Shown here piece after piece: positions 50,124 to 61,800 of a DNA stretch of 64,000 nt. The translations under genes and the position numbers were made by a program. Every line of letters begins with the position of its first letter. Positions within the stretch are counted from its first letter, which is position 1. The DNA lies in the NCBI GenBank assembly GCA_963678315.1, contig OY782781.1:1248001-1312000 (forward strand), written 5' to 3'. Origin of the DNA: Candidatus Cloacimonadales bacterium. Its GTDB lineage: Bacteria; Cloacimonadota; Cloacimonadia; Cloacimonadales; JAFGVF01. The notes beneath the pieces are model-generated. The model was not told the DNA's origin, did not search any database, and saw only the letters and a program-made list of their open reading frames with translations.

Positions 50124-50282
50124 TAAGAACAATTTAAATACGAAGGGTCTTCATCTAATGCAATCAATAAGTTTACTGTCCTCGAGTGTTTAGAACAAAA
50201 ATCAAATAATACAAAAGCATCTTGACAGAATAAACAGTCATAAGTTATTATACAAAAAATTAAAATATTTTTAGGAGAAAAG

Positions 50283-51134
50283 ATGAATTTTCAGGATATA
50301 ATTCTTACATTACAAAGCTATTGGGCAAAACAGGGCTGCAATATAATCCAGCCGTATGATGTTGAAATGGGAGCAGGTACTTTCCATCCTGAAACTTTTT
50401 TTGGTTCTTTAGGCGAAAAGAATACAAAAGTAGCTTATGCACAGCCATGCAGACGTCCTAAAGATGGTAGATATGGAGACAATCCCAATAGATTACAACA
50501 TTATTACCAATTTCAGGTAATTCTAAAACCATCTCCTGATGATGTACAGAATTTATATTTAAGAAGTCTAGAAGCAATTGGAGTTGATGTAAAAAAACAT
50601 GACATTCGTTTTGTTGAAGACGATTGGGAATCTCCAACATTAGGAGCTTGGGGACTTGGTTGGGAAGTATGGCTTGACGGTATGGAAATCAGTCAATTTA
50701 CATATTTCCAACAAGTTGGTGGTCTAGACTGTTCTCCAATAAGTGTTGAATTAACTTATGGATTGGAAAGACTTGCAATGTATATTCAAGCTGTTGAAGA
50801 TTACAAAGACTTACAGTGGAATGACACAACAAAATATGGAGATATCTTCTATCAAAGAGAAAAGGAATATTCACACTTTAATTTTGACCATGCAAATGTA
50901 GATCATATGTTTAAGTCGTTTGATGAATATGAAGCAGAGTGTCACAGATTAGTTGCAGAAAAACTAGTTTTCCCGGCTTATGATTACCTTTTGAAATGTT
51001 CTCACTCATTCAATTTACTAGATGCACGTGGCGTAATTTCTGTTACAGAAAGAGCTAATTATATTGGAAAGATTAGAAGAATGGCTAAAGCGTGTGCTGA
51101 GCAGTACTTAGAAAATCAACAAAAGGAGAATTAA
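50283..51134 (+). CDS. glyQ: Glycine--tRNA ligase alpha subunit
   Basis: [51 protein letters not shown]. Confidence 0.98.
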   Translation: MNFQDIILTLQSYWAKQGCNIIQPYDVEMGAGTFHPETFFGSLGEKNTKVAYAQPCRRPKDGRYGDNPNRLQHYYQFQVILKPSPDDVQNLYLRSLEAIGVDVKKHDIRFVEDDWESPTLGAWGLGWEVWLDGMEISQFTYFQQVGGLDCSPISVELTYGLERLAMYIQAVEDYKDLQWNDTTKYGDIFYQREKEYSHFNFDHANVDHMFKSFDEYEAECHRLVAEKLVFPAYDYLLKCSHSFNLLDARGVISVTERANYIGKIRRMAKACAEQYLENQQKEN

Positions 51135-51919
51135 TGTTAAACGCTTTATTTGAGATTAGATTTTCTACTCCAATAATTGCTACAGCTATTCACAATGGAC
51201 ATTTAGTCAGAAAAGGATTAAGAGAAAATCTGCTTATTTCAACTGATGACAGAAGAAGAGAAGAAGATCCTTATACAAATAGTATTATCAGATCTTTTGA
51301 GAATAGAATAGTTGTAAATACTTCAAGATTTGAAATAGATTTAAATAGAAGAAGAGAAAAAGCTGTTTATCAAGAAGCTGAAGATTGTTGGGGTTTGGAT
51401 GTTTGGAAAAAACCTCTTACTAAAGAAGAAATTGACAAATCTCTTCAAGAATACGACTTCTTCTATAGAAGAATTGATAGAATAATTGCTGAATTGATTG
51501 AGACATTTGGCTTTGCAATTCTTCTTGATGTTCACTCTTACAATCATCATAGATTAGGTTTTGATCAACCTTATGATTGTATAGAAGAAAATCCACAAGT
51601 TATACTAGGCACAAACAATATGCCTAAACATTATAAGACAATTGTAGAAAAATTAAATGATAAATTTTCAGAAAAGACATTCTTAGGGGAACCTCTTGAT
51701 TGCCGTATGGATGTAAAATTCCCTGGTGGAAACTTAACAAGACATCTTCATAGAAAATTCCCTAACAAAGTCTTCGCTCTTGCTATAGAGTTTAAAAAGA
51801 CTTATATGGATGAATGGTCTGGTGAGCTCTACAAGGATATATTAGAGGAGCTTATTGGTTCATTACACTCAATTATTGGTTCACTGCAAGAAATTACTGC
51901 AGAAGACTTAGAGGGATAA
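51134..51919 (+). CDS. N-formylglutamate amidohydrolase family protein
   Basis: AIHNGH, REEDPYT, SRFEIDLNR, DVHSYN, AIEFKK. Confidence 0.85.
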   Translation: MLNALFEIRFSTPIIATAIHNGHLVRKGLRENLLISTDDRRREEDPYTNSIIRSFENRIVVNTSRFEIDLNRRREKAVYQEAEDCWGLDVWKKPLTKEEIDKSLQEYDFFYRRIDRIIAELIETFGFAILLDVHSYNHHRLGFDQPYDCIEENPQVILGTNNMPKHYKTIVEKLNDKFSEKTFLGEPLDCRMDVKFPGGNLTRHLHRKFPNKVFALAIEFKKTYMDEWSGELYKDILEELIGSLHSIIGSLQEITAEDLEG

Positions 51920-51932
51920 CTTATACATTTTA

Positions 51933-53474
51933 ATGAGACTACATAGAACTCAAATATTAGTACTTTTAATTATATTCACTTCTTTATTAACAGCTAGAGA
52001 AGTGAATATCTTTTTTTTGGTACATGGTTTATACAGCTCAAATAGCTATTGGTCAGATTTGATTGAGTCTGATAGATTTGAACAAGCGAATTATTACTTT
52101 GCTGGAAACTTTGATGTTGATGAAAACCTTTTTAGACAAGATGAGTACATTGTTACACCTGACTTTGATCAAGATATTGATAGTCTACTAAAGAATCACC
52201 AAGATTTAGTATTCACAATAAACTTCTCTTCTGGATTTAGAAATAGCTTTAAACAACAAGCTAATCAGATTGGGCAAGTGTTAAAGATGATTCCTGATTC
52301 AACTAACTACCATGTATATTTGGTAGGACACTCCATGGGAGGTCTAGCCAGTAGGTGCAATGTAACGACTAATCTAGACCATGATGTAGATGGTTTAATT
52401 ACTATTGGCACACCTAATTTAGGTTCATATTTAGGTAATACTTCAAGTGGGCTTACAGGCTTTATTGGACGATTCTTTGAAGCTTTGGAAAGGCCTGATA
52501 ACATACTAACTGGCCTTTCTAGAATATGGAAGGATAATGACAAAAATGTTACTCCCGAACTATCACCTCAAAGTGCTGATTTAATGAAGTTAAATTCTTT
52601 TGCCTTTCCTGATTCAATCAAAAGCATATCCATATTCTCTACTATTAATACCAAAGATGAAATTGAAGGACTAAGTGATTCAGAGAGATTAGTTCATCAA
52701 GTTCTTCAAGTAGAAAAACTCAAGTCATTTGATTCGCTAAATCCGAAAGATATTGAGATTACTAAGCTTTATAACGATTTGTATTATAATGATGGCATTG
52801 TGGCTATCACTTCCCAGAATATTCAAAATGCAATCCCTAACAAATATGACATTGAAGCTCACCATATCCCTACTAGAGTTTATCATGATCATGAGCCAAT
52901 GGATTTCAATCATATAATTCCTGCTATGCAAATAATAACACAAAAACACAAAAGTAGGAACTATAATATATTCATTTACTCTACAACTGCTGAAGTAATT
53001 AACAATAATGATTTCCGTGGTTTATTGGAGCTCTTCCATGAAAAGATTGATTTTAAAAGTACTTTTGTAATTGACGATTCAAGTGGCTATTACCCTATAT
53101 ATTATGATAAAGACATTATCTATTATGATTATGGTTTGTTTCTTGTAGATGATAACGAAAAACTAGATATGATAGCATCTAAAATCGAAAATATGAAAGA
53201 GTTTCCTATTATCATAAACTTCTCAGAGAAAAACAATATATCTAAATTTCACGGTAAAGATTGTATCTATGTTAAAGTGGATTCAATTGATGAAGCAGAA
53301 AAATTTTCTAAGTTCTTAATTGATATGCTTAGTGGAAAAATCCATGTGAAAGAAGATGAAATCTATAAAGTAAAAGAACCGATTATACGTTACTACTTTT
53401 CAGATTCGAATATGACAGAAAGACTAAAAATCCCAACCCAATGGTGGAAAGATCATTTAATGTTTTTCCAATAA
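51933..53474 (+). CDS. Exported alpha/beta hydrolase (lipase/PGAP1-like)
   Basis: Signal peptide; LVHG, GHSMGG nucleophile elbow, IGTPNLGS, NDGIV. Confidence 0.85.
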   Translation: MRLHRTQILVLLIIFTSLLTAREVNIFFLVHGLYSSNSYWSDLIESDRFEQANYYFAGNFDVDENLFRQDEYIVTPDFDQDIDSLLKNHQDLVFTINFSSGFRNSFKQQANQIGQVLKMIPDSTNYHVYLVGHSMGGLASRCNVTTNLDHDVDGLITIGTPNLGSYLGNTSSGLTGFIGRFFEALERPDNILTGLSRIWKDNDKNVTPELSPQSADLMKLNSFAFPDSIKSISIFSTINTKDEIEGLSDSERLVHQVLQVEKLKSFDSLNPKDIEITKLYNDLYYNDGIVAITSQNIQNAIPNKYDIEAHHIPTRVYHDHEPMDFNHIIPAMQIITQKHKSRNYNIFIYSTTAEVINNNDFRGLLELFHEKIDFKSTFVIDDSSGYYPIYYDKDIIYYDYGLFLVDDNEKLDMIASKIENMKEFPIIINFSEKNNISKFHGKDCIYVKVDSIDEAEKFSKFLIDMLSGKIHVKEDEIYKVKEPIIRYYFSDSNMTERLKIPTQWWKDHLMFFQ

Positions 53475-54031
53475 TCCTTAAGAGTAGAAGTTATAATTTG
53501 AGGAACTAAACCTGTAACAGACTGATTATTATTGAGTTTACTCCTTACTTCAGTAGAAGATATGTCATAAGGCTTGATGCTAACTACATTAAAACGAGGA
53601 TCAATTTTCTGAGAAACAGCATATCCAGAACTTCTACTAACTACTGTAAAATTAACATTATCAAGCAACCATTCACTTTTGTACCACTTGTCAAATGAAA
53701 GTGCATTATCCATACCAATAACAAAAGTAAAATCAGTAAGTGAATACTCTTCTGTAATTCTATTAATCAAGTTGAAAGTGTAATTAACGCCATGCTTAGG
53801 GTCATCTAAGTCACTTAGCTCAAAATCAGAAAATTCACTAATTGCCATAGATACAAGATTACAGCGTTGCTGATATGAGAGATATTTGTTTGTTGTCTTA
53901 AGAGGATGATTGCCACTTGGAGTAAATAAAATTTTAGAAGCAATATGCTTTGTTATTAATTGTTCAGCTACATAAATATGACCATTATGGATGGGATTAA
54001 ACATCCCACCCAAGATAGCAAATTTGTACAT
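53453..54031 (-). CDS. nadD: Nicotinate-nucleotide adenylyltransferase
   Basis: GGMFNPIHNGH, IGMD, ISSTEVR. Confidence 0.92.
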   Translation of the reverse strand: MYKFAILGGMFNPIHNGHIYVAEQLITKHIASKILFTPSGNHPLKTTNKYLSYQQRCNLVSMAISEFSDFELSDLDDPKHGVNYTFNLINRITEEYSLTDFTFVIGMDNALSFDKWYKSEWLLDNVNFTVVSRSSGYAVSQKIDPRFNVVSIKPYDISSTEVRSKLNNNQSVTGLVPQIITSTLKDYWKNIK

Positions 54032-54753
54032 TAGTCTAGTTTATCTTCTATTTTCTTAGTGAGTTTATGTTCAGGGTACATTGCTTTTAAGTACTGAACA
54101 TACTTACTCGCTTCATCATTTAAGCCTTGTTTATGGTAAATAAGTGCAGTATAATAAGCAGATTGAATTTCATATTCACCTTGAATACCAGTTTCAAGAA
54201 CTTCTTTAAAATACATCAAGGCAGCAGGATAGTCAGGTAGCTTATAATAGGTATAACCATTTAGATATTTCTTTTCAACTAACTTATCTTGTGCTTTCTT
54301 TATCAATTCTATAGCTTCAAGTCTATACTTTCCACCTGGATATCTAGTTAAGTACTCATTCAATGAATTAATTGTAGCAACTGTTTCATCTTGAGTGTAG
54401 GAAGCAGGTTCAGAAGTTTCCCAGTTACACTTACCAATTCTAAAATATGCTATTTCTAAATCATTCAAGTCTGAAGAGAAACGCATCATTAATTGATATT
54501 GCAGCTTAGCATCATAGTAATCTTCAAGCTCATAATAAGAGTTTGCTAACTTCTCTTGTGCATCAAGTGTATATTTTGAATTAACATATCTGGTAATTGA
54601 TTCGTATACTGGAATAGCTTTTTTGTACTTTCCTTGTTCATAGTACTGATTTGCTAAATCATATTTCTCAATATCAGATAGTTTTTCATAACTATTATTA
54701 CTACAAGCAATTAAGACTGATAATGTTGCTAAAATTATTAAAAGTTTATTCAT
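54031..54753 (-). CDS. bamD: Outer membrane protein assembly factor BamD (TPR lipoprotein)
   Basis: LIAC lipobox, TPR repeats, YTQDET...YLTRYP pattern. Confidence 0.8.
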   Translation of the reverse strand: MNKLLIILATLSVLIACSNNSYEKLSDIEKYDLANQYYEQGKYKKAIPVYESITRYVNSKYTLDAQEKLANSYYELEDYYDAKLQYQLMMRFSSDLNDLEIAYFRIGKCNWETSEPASYTQDETVATINSLNEYLTRYPGGKYRLEAIELIKKAQDKLVEKKYLNGYTYYKLPDYPAALMYFKEVLETGIQGEYEIQSAYYTALIYHKQGLNDEASKYVQYLKAMYPEHKLTKKIEDKLD

Positions 54754-54760
54754 ATTTCCT

Positions 54761-55255
54761 CTATTCTATTGCCCATAGCGAATAAACTAATGAGCCTAAT
54801 ATTAGTGATAAAGCAAATGGCTTCCATAAAGATGTTTTATTTGAAGCATCATCTACTTTAGATATATTCTTTTTACTAGCTAAAATAACTATTTTCTCTG
54901 TAGAAACCTCTGTAATCTTGTAAGACACATTAATCTCTTGAAACTTTTCCTTTCTTGATACTAAAAATGAGGTCCTATCTTGATAAAACTCTTTGTTTTT
55001 AATATCAAATTCAATTGAGTAATCAGCAAAATCTCTCTTTTCTACAACCGAAAAACCTTTACTTACCAATGTCTCAATTAACTGATTGTTATAATCAGAA
55101 TTGCTGGATTTGAAAACGTAATAGTCCTTATCAAGCAACAAATACGGCTTTAAGTATTTAAATAATGAGTCACTGATTACACTATCATCATCATTTACTG
55201 CATAAACATTAAAAACTAAAAAGATAATCCCTAAAATTATACCTAGTCTTTTCAA
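54761..55255 (-). CDS. Hypothetical exported protein with C-terminal membrane anchor
   Basis: Signal peptide, C-terminal TM, inside the operon. Confidence 0.65.
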   Translation of the reverse strand: MKRLGIILGIIFLVFNVYAVNDDDSVISDSLFKYLKPYLLLDKDYYVFKSSNSDYNNQLIETLVSKGFSVVEKRDFADYSIEFDIKNKEFYQDRTSFLVSRKEKFQEINVSYKITEVSTEKIVILASKKNISKVDDASNKTSLWKPFALSLILGSLVYSLWAIE

Positions 55256-56062
55256 TTATTTAAGCTCCTCAATCATTCTGTTAACTCTATCAATTCTGAC
55301 ATAATTAGGGTAAAGTCTTTTTAACTTCATGGCAAGATCAAGAGCTGAATCATGATCACCTTGAGTTCTATGGATTATTGCCATTTTAAGCATAGAATCA
55401 CTAGCTTTTTCAGTATCAGGCCAATTGTCCACGATATGTTCAAAATTATCATAAGAAGATTGGTAATCCTTCAAATCATAGTCAATCTCAGCAATCCAAT
55501 AGTAGCAATTAGGAACTAATTCATTATTAGGATAATACTTGATAATTTGAGAAAACTTATCTCTTGCTGCACTATAGTTCTTGTTTACATAAAGAACTCT
55601 AGCTTGAGAATACTGTGTATCAGCAGGAATCTTCTTCTTGTTTAAGTTATCAATCTTCTTCTGAGCTTGAGATGGTTTATTAACCTTAGCCTCTGACTGA
55701 TTTCCTTTAGTATTACCTTTTAAAGCTATATTCTCTAATTCTTCGACTTTAATTGTACTTTCAGTAACCATATCAAACATTGATTCAATACGGTCACCAT
55801 GGAAAATAACCATATCTTCAAGATTTGATATTCTTTCATCTAATACAAGATAACTATTTTGCAATCTGATTGTTGAATATGAACTTGTTCCCCCTGAATT
55901 AGTTTCAAATTCTCGTAATATCTTGCTGTAATAACTCAATGAATCCTGGAGTGAGTTAACTCTTTTTTCTAGTTCTACATTCTGTTTATATAATTCTAAA
56001 TTATTGCTACAGCCGGAAAGAATCAACACTAGAAGCCCAATAATAACAGCATATTTCCTCAT
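55256..56062 (-). CDS. CpoB/YbgF-like coiled-coil plus TPR lipoprotein
   Basis: LSGC lipobox; coiled coil; YPNNELVPNCYYWIAE and KASDSMLK TPR motifs. Confidence 0.75.
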   Translation of the reverse strand: MRKYAVIIGLLVLILSGCSNNLELYKQNVELEKRVNSLQDSLSYYSKILREFETNSGGTSSYSTIRLQNSYLVLDERISNLEDMVIFHGDRIESMFDMVTESTIKVEELENIALKGNTKGNQSEAKVNKPSQAQKKIDNLNKKKIPADTQYSQARVLYVNKNYSAARDKFSQIIKYYPNNELVPNCYYWIAEIDYDLKDYQSSYDNFEHIVDNWPDTEKASDSMLKMAIIHRTQGDHDSALDLAMKLKRLYPNYVRIDRVNRMIEELK

Positions 56063-56173
56063 AATAAATCCTTTAGATCATAGGTATATTTAATTGCTTT
56101 GTTAACTTCACATCCATAATGAAACATCAAGTAGGATGAGGCTTTTAAACCCCATCCCTTAAATTAATCTATG

Positions 56174-57580
56174 TTAAGCTTTCTTCATGAAAGCTTTGTA
56201 GCCTTTATATGAGCTGTACAAGTCAGCTTTATTAACTACTTCATAAAGTGAGTGCATTCCTAATAAACTAGGACCACAATCAATAACTTCTGCACCGTAT
56301 TCAGCTAAGAATTTAGCGATTGTTCCACCACCACCAACATCAACATTACCTAATGTACCTGTTTGCCAGATTACTTCATCTTCGTTGAAGATTCTAATCA
56401 CTTCAGCATTGAATTCAGCATTAGCATCATTAGAACCACCTTTTCCACCAGCACCTGTATATTTCAATAAAGTAACACCGTGCCCAACTATAGGAGCATT
56501 TGACTTGTCATGAACTGAATGCCAGTTTGGATTGATTGGTGCATTTACATCAGCAGAAAGAACCTTTGATTTCATCATAGTCTTTCTTAAGTTGTAAGAT
56601 CCACAATCTTCATCATTTTGCTTTAAAACATCAGCTATGAAATCTTTAATAAAGATTGATTTAGCACCTGTATTACTATCAGATCCAACCTCTTCTTTAT
56701 CACTAAAGTAAACAATTGAAGTTCTTTCCATATCTTCTTGAGGAATATCAAGTAAAGCTTTAAGTCCTGTGTAAGCACAGATTCTATCATCTTGACCATA
56801 ACCCATAACCATAGATCTGTCAAGTCCCATTTCTCTTGCTTTGCCAGCAGGAACTAATTCAAGTTCAGCAGATAAGAAATCTACTTCTTCAATACCATAC
56901 TTCTCATTAAGAAGTTGTAATACATGATATTTAATCTTTTGTTTTTGGTCTTCATCATCTACAGGAATTGAACCAAGAACAACGTTTAATTTATCAGCAG
57001 AAATAGCTTCACCAAGAGGCTTAGATGATTGAACCTTTCTAGCTAAATGAGGTAATAAATCAGGAATAATGAATACAGGATCATTTTCATCTTCACCAAT
57101 ACAAATATCAACCTTCTTACCGTTTTTATCAATCACAATACCGTGAATTGCTAGTGGAGTTGAAACCCATTGATATTTTCTAATTCCACCATAATAGTGA
57201 GTTTTAGCCATTGCTAAAGCAGCTGTTGAATCTTCATAGAAAGGATTTTGTTTTAAATCAATCTTAGGAGCGTCAACATGAGCAGCAATTAAGTTAATAC
57301 CGTCTGAAACTGGTCTTTTACCGATAATAGCAAAAGCCATAGATTTATTTCTGAAAGAAGCAAAGACTTTTTTAGAAGCTTTTTCAGTAAGGATTTCAGT
57401 AAAGCCAGCAGCTTTAAGTACATCTTCTGTATAATCAATAGTTTCTCTTACATTTTTACATTTGTTCAAGAAATCAATGTAGTCTTTTGAAAATTCGTGA
57501 GCAGCTTTGATATCTTCTTTTGGAGCTTTTTCCCAAAAGTTCTTCTTGCTATATGATAAACTTTCTTTCTCTTTAGCCAT
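56174..57580 (-). CDS. M18 family aminopeptidase
   Basis: AHVDAPKID, HYYGGIRKYQW, QDDRIC, DKEEVGS, SADV, GMHS. Confidence 0.92.
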   Translation of the reverse strand: MAKEKESLSYSKKNFWEKAPKEDIKAAHEFSKDYIDFLNKCKNVRETIDYTEDVLKAAGFTEILTEKASKKVFASFRNKSMAFAIIGKRPVSDGINLIAAHVDAPKIDLKQNPFYEDSTAALAMAKTHYYGGIRKYQWVSTPLAIHGIVIDKNGKKVDICIGEDENDPVFIIPDLLPHLARKVQSSKPLGEAISADKLNVVLGSIPVDDEDQKQKIKYHVLQLLNEKYGIEEVDFLSAELELVPAGKAREMGLDRSMVMGYGQDDRICAYTGLKALLDIPQEDMERTSIVYFSDKEEVGSDSNTGAKSIFIKDFIADVLKQNDEDCGSYNLRKTMMKSKVLSADVNAPINPNWHSVHDKSNAPIVGHGVTLLKYTGAGGKGGSNDANAEFNAEVIRIFNEDEVIWQTGTLGNVDVGGGGTIAKFLAEYGAEVIDCGPSLLGMHSLYEVVNKADLYSSYKGYKAFMKKA

Positions 57581-57597
57581 TTTGTACCTCTGTTTAT

Positions 57598-58065
57598 TTA
57601 TTTTATTGATATAATCTTAAATTTTCTTTCACCTTTAGGCGTTTTAGCAACAGCAATTTCATCTTTAGCCTTGCCAATAAAACACTTACCTATAGGAGAA
57701 GCAATAGATATTTTTGTAATATTTTCTTCGTGGAAGTTTACTTCATCAACTCCAACCAAGTGATAAGTAACATATTCATCACTACCAATTTCTTCTACTT
57801 CAACAACAGCACCAAATCTTACTTTATCTTTAGCAATTGTAGAAGGGTCAATTACTTTCAACTTTGAGCTTCTAACTCTTAAGTAAGTAACTTCATTATC
57901 AATTTGGCGTTGTCTTTCTCTAGCAGATTTATATTCAGCATTTTCACTAAGGTCGCCCATTTCACGAGCTACTTGGACAGCTTTCATAACTGATGGTCTT
58001 TCTTCCAAAAGTTCTTTTATTCTTTTTTGAATTTGTTGCATTCCGTATGGTGTTATATAATCCAT
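57598..58065 (-). CDS. greA: Transcription elongation factor GreA/GreB
   Basis: AREMGDLSENAEY, ISIASPIG; the RQRQIDNE segment is GreB-like, so the paralog is uncertain. Confidence 0.85.
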   Translation of the reverse strand: MDYITPYGMQQIQKRIKELLEERPSVMKAVQVAREMGDLSENAEYKSARERQRQIDNEVTYLRVRSSKLKVIDPSTIAKDKVRFGAVVEVEEIGSDEYVTYHLVGVDEVNFHEENITKISIASPIGKCFIGKAKDEIAVAKTPKGERKFKIISIK

Positions 58066-58069
58066 AAAG

Positions 58070-58885
58070 TTACTTCCTTTTCATTTTCCTTTTTAGCAAC
58101 TTCCTACAATTTAGTGCACTTTTCTTAAGTCGTGCATTCCCTGATTTAGTCCACTCCTCAACAATTTCATAGATTCTTTCATTACAGAATGAAGTTCCAC
58201 CTGTAAGGATTTCCACAACATTAGGGTCATGAGAATTAGCATAGTATTCAAAAGTTTCTACAAATAGTTCTTGGTCAAACTTACCTAATTCTTTAACAAA
58301 TTGAGAATAGATTTTTATCATCTCTGCAGAAGCATACATCCACTTATTTTCGAGATGTTTTAATACTGGTTTTGCATATTCCTTATTAGCTTTACACATC
58401 TTGATAAGTAGTTTAATGCTAACCTGCTCTAAAGTAAGTTTATTAGAATTTAACCAGCTATAAACATGATGCAAATATTTATCAGGATTCTTTTTAAGTA
58501 TTGGTAAGAACACTCTATCTAAAAGAGTAGAAATATCTGAAGCATCAGTAGATGAGTTAAGATATTCTGTCATCTTTTCAAAGTATAAGTCATTGTCTTT
58601 CTTAATAAACTTAGCTATAATAGTTGATGTAATGAATTTTCCATTATCTCCACCAGAATACCATAAGTAATCATAGAAATCTATATGCTCAGAATGCTCT
58701 TTAGCTATCTTAGTAGAAATTTCTTTTGCAACAAGTGACAACACTTCATGAGGAATATTGTGTCCTGCTCTTACAGGATAAGAGTTGTAAATAATTCCAA
58801 TGTGGTAATCTTTATTTGGTAATTTATTTTGAATAAAATCATCTGTATCTTTAATTAGTCTTTCTTTCCAGTCTAATGATATCAT
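58070..58885 (-). CDS. HEAT/ARM-repeat protein (DNA alkylation repair-like)
   Basis: All-helical repeat pattern; family assignment is tentative. Confidence 0.5.
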   Translation of the reverse strand: MISLDWKERLIKDTDDFIQNKLPNKDYHIGIIYNSYPVRAGHNIPHEVLSLVAKEISTKIAKEHSEHIDFYDYLWYSGGDNGKFITSTIIAKFIKKDNDLYFEKMTEYLNSSTDASDISTLLDRVFLPILKKNPDKYLHHVYSWLNSNKLTLEQVSIKLLIKMCKANKEYAKPVLKHLENKWMYASAEMIKIYSQFVKELGKFDQELFVETFEYYANSHDPNVVEILTGGTSFCNERIYEIVEEWTKSGNARLKKSALNCRKLLKRKMKRK

Positions 58886-58897
58886 TAATTCTCCTAC

Positions 58898-61800
58898 TTA
58901 ATTTAGTATAGCAATTTTCCCTTTTTTAGTAGATCCTTTCATCTGCATGATATAGAAATATGTTCCTGATGAGAGTTTCTTCCCAGCATTATTTCTTAGG
59001 TTCCACTGATAGACTTCATTACCATAGAATGGACCTATATTTTTATCATACACAATATCTCCAGCTAAATTATAGATAGTAATCTTTCCGCGTGCATTTA
59101 AAGGGATATTAGTAAATTTAATTTCATTGATTCCGTCTGCAGTATACACTGGGTTAGGATATATTTGCAATTTTGACAAATCATTAATATCTGTCAAGCT
59201 GAATTGAACAGTGTTTGATTGCAATAACATAAGGTTATTCGAGAAATCACTAATATTATGAATTACAATTTTATATGGTTGAGTTGAGTATTTTAAGTTG
59301 TTCTGAAATCTAACAAAAACATTTTGCTGATCTAGGCTAACACTTACTATGGAGTTATCTGTATCATTGAATGGCCTAACAAGTTCAAAATTCTCTAAAG
59401 TTAAAGTGTTACTATCAACAGATTTTATCATTTCACTGAATTCAAGAACAATCTCTTTCTTGTTTACAACATCTACATTAACTACTTCTGGAGGTCTAGT
59501 ATCAGCAGTGTTTTCAAAATCAAATTCTAGATATTCTGAAATCAATCCATTTGAGCTCTCAATATTTCTACAATAAAGAGTGTAGCTGTCATTAACTAAC
59601 TTAGATTTAAGTTTAAGTGTAGCAACTGTAAATTCTTCATTCAAGATTGCAGAATTAATTAATAGATCTGCATCATCAAAAGTATAATGTCCGATATCTG
59701 TCATATATCTATCAAGCGGTACATTGAACTCAACATTGAGGAAGAAATCATTAACTTTTGTAACACTAATTACTTCAGGAAGACAATCAGGAATTACTTT
59801 CTTCCATACAGTTAAATAACTTTCTGCTACAGGGAAGTTGTTATTAATAGCTTTTACAGCATAATAGTAGTCTTCTCCCTGAGTCAAATTGTAATCATAG
59901 AATTCACTTTCTGTTTGAGAACCCACCAACTGCTCAACTATACCATATACAGGATGATTATAGCGTTGATAAATCTCGTATGATGTATTTGCTTCTTGTA
60001 TCCAGCTTAGTTTAACTGTTGTTTCATCAATAGCTACAGCAGTAAAGCCTTGTGGAGATTCTGGTTCATTCATATAATCTCTAGAAGTAACCTTTACACT
60101 AATCAATTCTTCATCTTGAATTTGGTTACAAAAGAGAATTGGATCAGATTCTTCATCTTGTTGGTAAACATTTATTTGGAATGAATCAGTTGAGTTATGA
60201 ACTGCTTTAGCATCCATTTTCTCTCCATCCCATTCAAAAGTATATAAATATGGTGTAACTGATATGAAGAGTTCTTCTTTTCCATTTCCATCCATATCAT
60301 AAGCTGCTATAGAATTATTACTACCAACTGAATCAAGGCTTATCGTATCCAGCACATAGTAAGAATCATTACCATCGCTTTTAAAGATGGTGAATTCAAA
60401 ATGTGAGTTATTAACATTGACCTGGTTTCTAACATAGCCACCAATTACGAATTCATTTTCTCCGTCTCCAGTGTAATCGCCATAATCTATGTAATAACAA
60501 GAACCTACATTCAATCTTGTTTCCCAAACAAGGTAATCTTCAATATTTGGTTTCTTTTCAAAAATCATTACATCGCCATCAGTATCTGCAATCAGAATAT
60601 CAGGATAGATATCTCCATCTAAATTAGTACATTTAACATTAGGAACAAAGATATTTCTAGAGTCAGTAGGCGAAGGATTATAGATAACTTCTCTTTCACT
60701 AAATCCGCTTGTTTGTCTAGCATATAATTTAATAACAGTAGCATCAGGGTCATCAACAATACAAATCAAGTTTGATTCGTTATCGCCATTATAATCAGCA
60801 AAGACTCCTCCAATAGCATTTGGTATCTCTTGCAAGTAACTATCAATAGGATATACTGATTCCTCTGTACTTTCAAACACATAGCCATTAATCTGGTCAG
60901 TCGCAAGAACTTCATAACCAATATCGTTAGTATTTCCAATGTCTAACGGTCTAAATTTTTGTGTAAACTGATATTTTGTTTCAAAGGTATTTCCATTTTG
61001 CTCAAAAATTCTTACATTACCAAAAGTTCCATTTTCAATGAACATACTTACGAACTCATTTTTCCCATTTCCATCAAAATCAACAAATTTCTCTGTTGCA
61101 AGAATAGGAAGAGAGAAATTATTTACATTGTAATGAGTTATTGCTGTTTCATCATTATTTATAGTAGCAAAATCTTCTAAGAGTCCACTATATAATGTTA
61201 AACCAGCTCTATTAGTTGCATATACTTCAATATCAATATTCCCAGCTGGAACATTATTAGGAATCTGTATGTACTGAACAGAGTCTGCTACAGAAGAAAA
61301 AGCTGAATAATTGTTACCATTTTCATCAATAATATTGACTTCAATAGAAACATCTTCATTGTATTTCATTTTAATATAATGGTTTTTATAGTTAGAATTA
61401 AACCTTTCAACATACTCTATAGTGTCTGTCAGATAAGGTAAGCTTTTATCAATTGTCACATGCTTAATAATATTAAACACATTGCCTGATTTATCTTGTA
61501 CTGACAACCTAATTCTATACTCTCCATCAAGAAGTTCATCTTCAAGCTCGAACCTTTTGAGGAAGCCATCTTCAACTGCTTCATAGTAGAATATTGGAGA
61601 GTTATTATGGGTTTGGCAATCATACCAGTCATATTGTCCAGGTGCTTGCTCAGTTGAATAAGTAACTGAGTATCTAAAGAAGTCAGGAACATCAATGCTT
61701 CCAGTAATATCAAAATCTGAACTCAGTCCCATTTCTTCATGCGGATAGGATATTGCTAAATAAGGGTTTTCTATTGTAGTAATCAGTTTTTCTGCATCAA

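Noticed and set aside
49653..50167. ORFs 49653-49898 and 49904-50167
   Set aside because: They lie entirely within palindromic repeat mosaics; translation artefacts.
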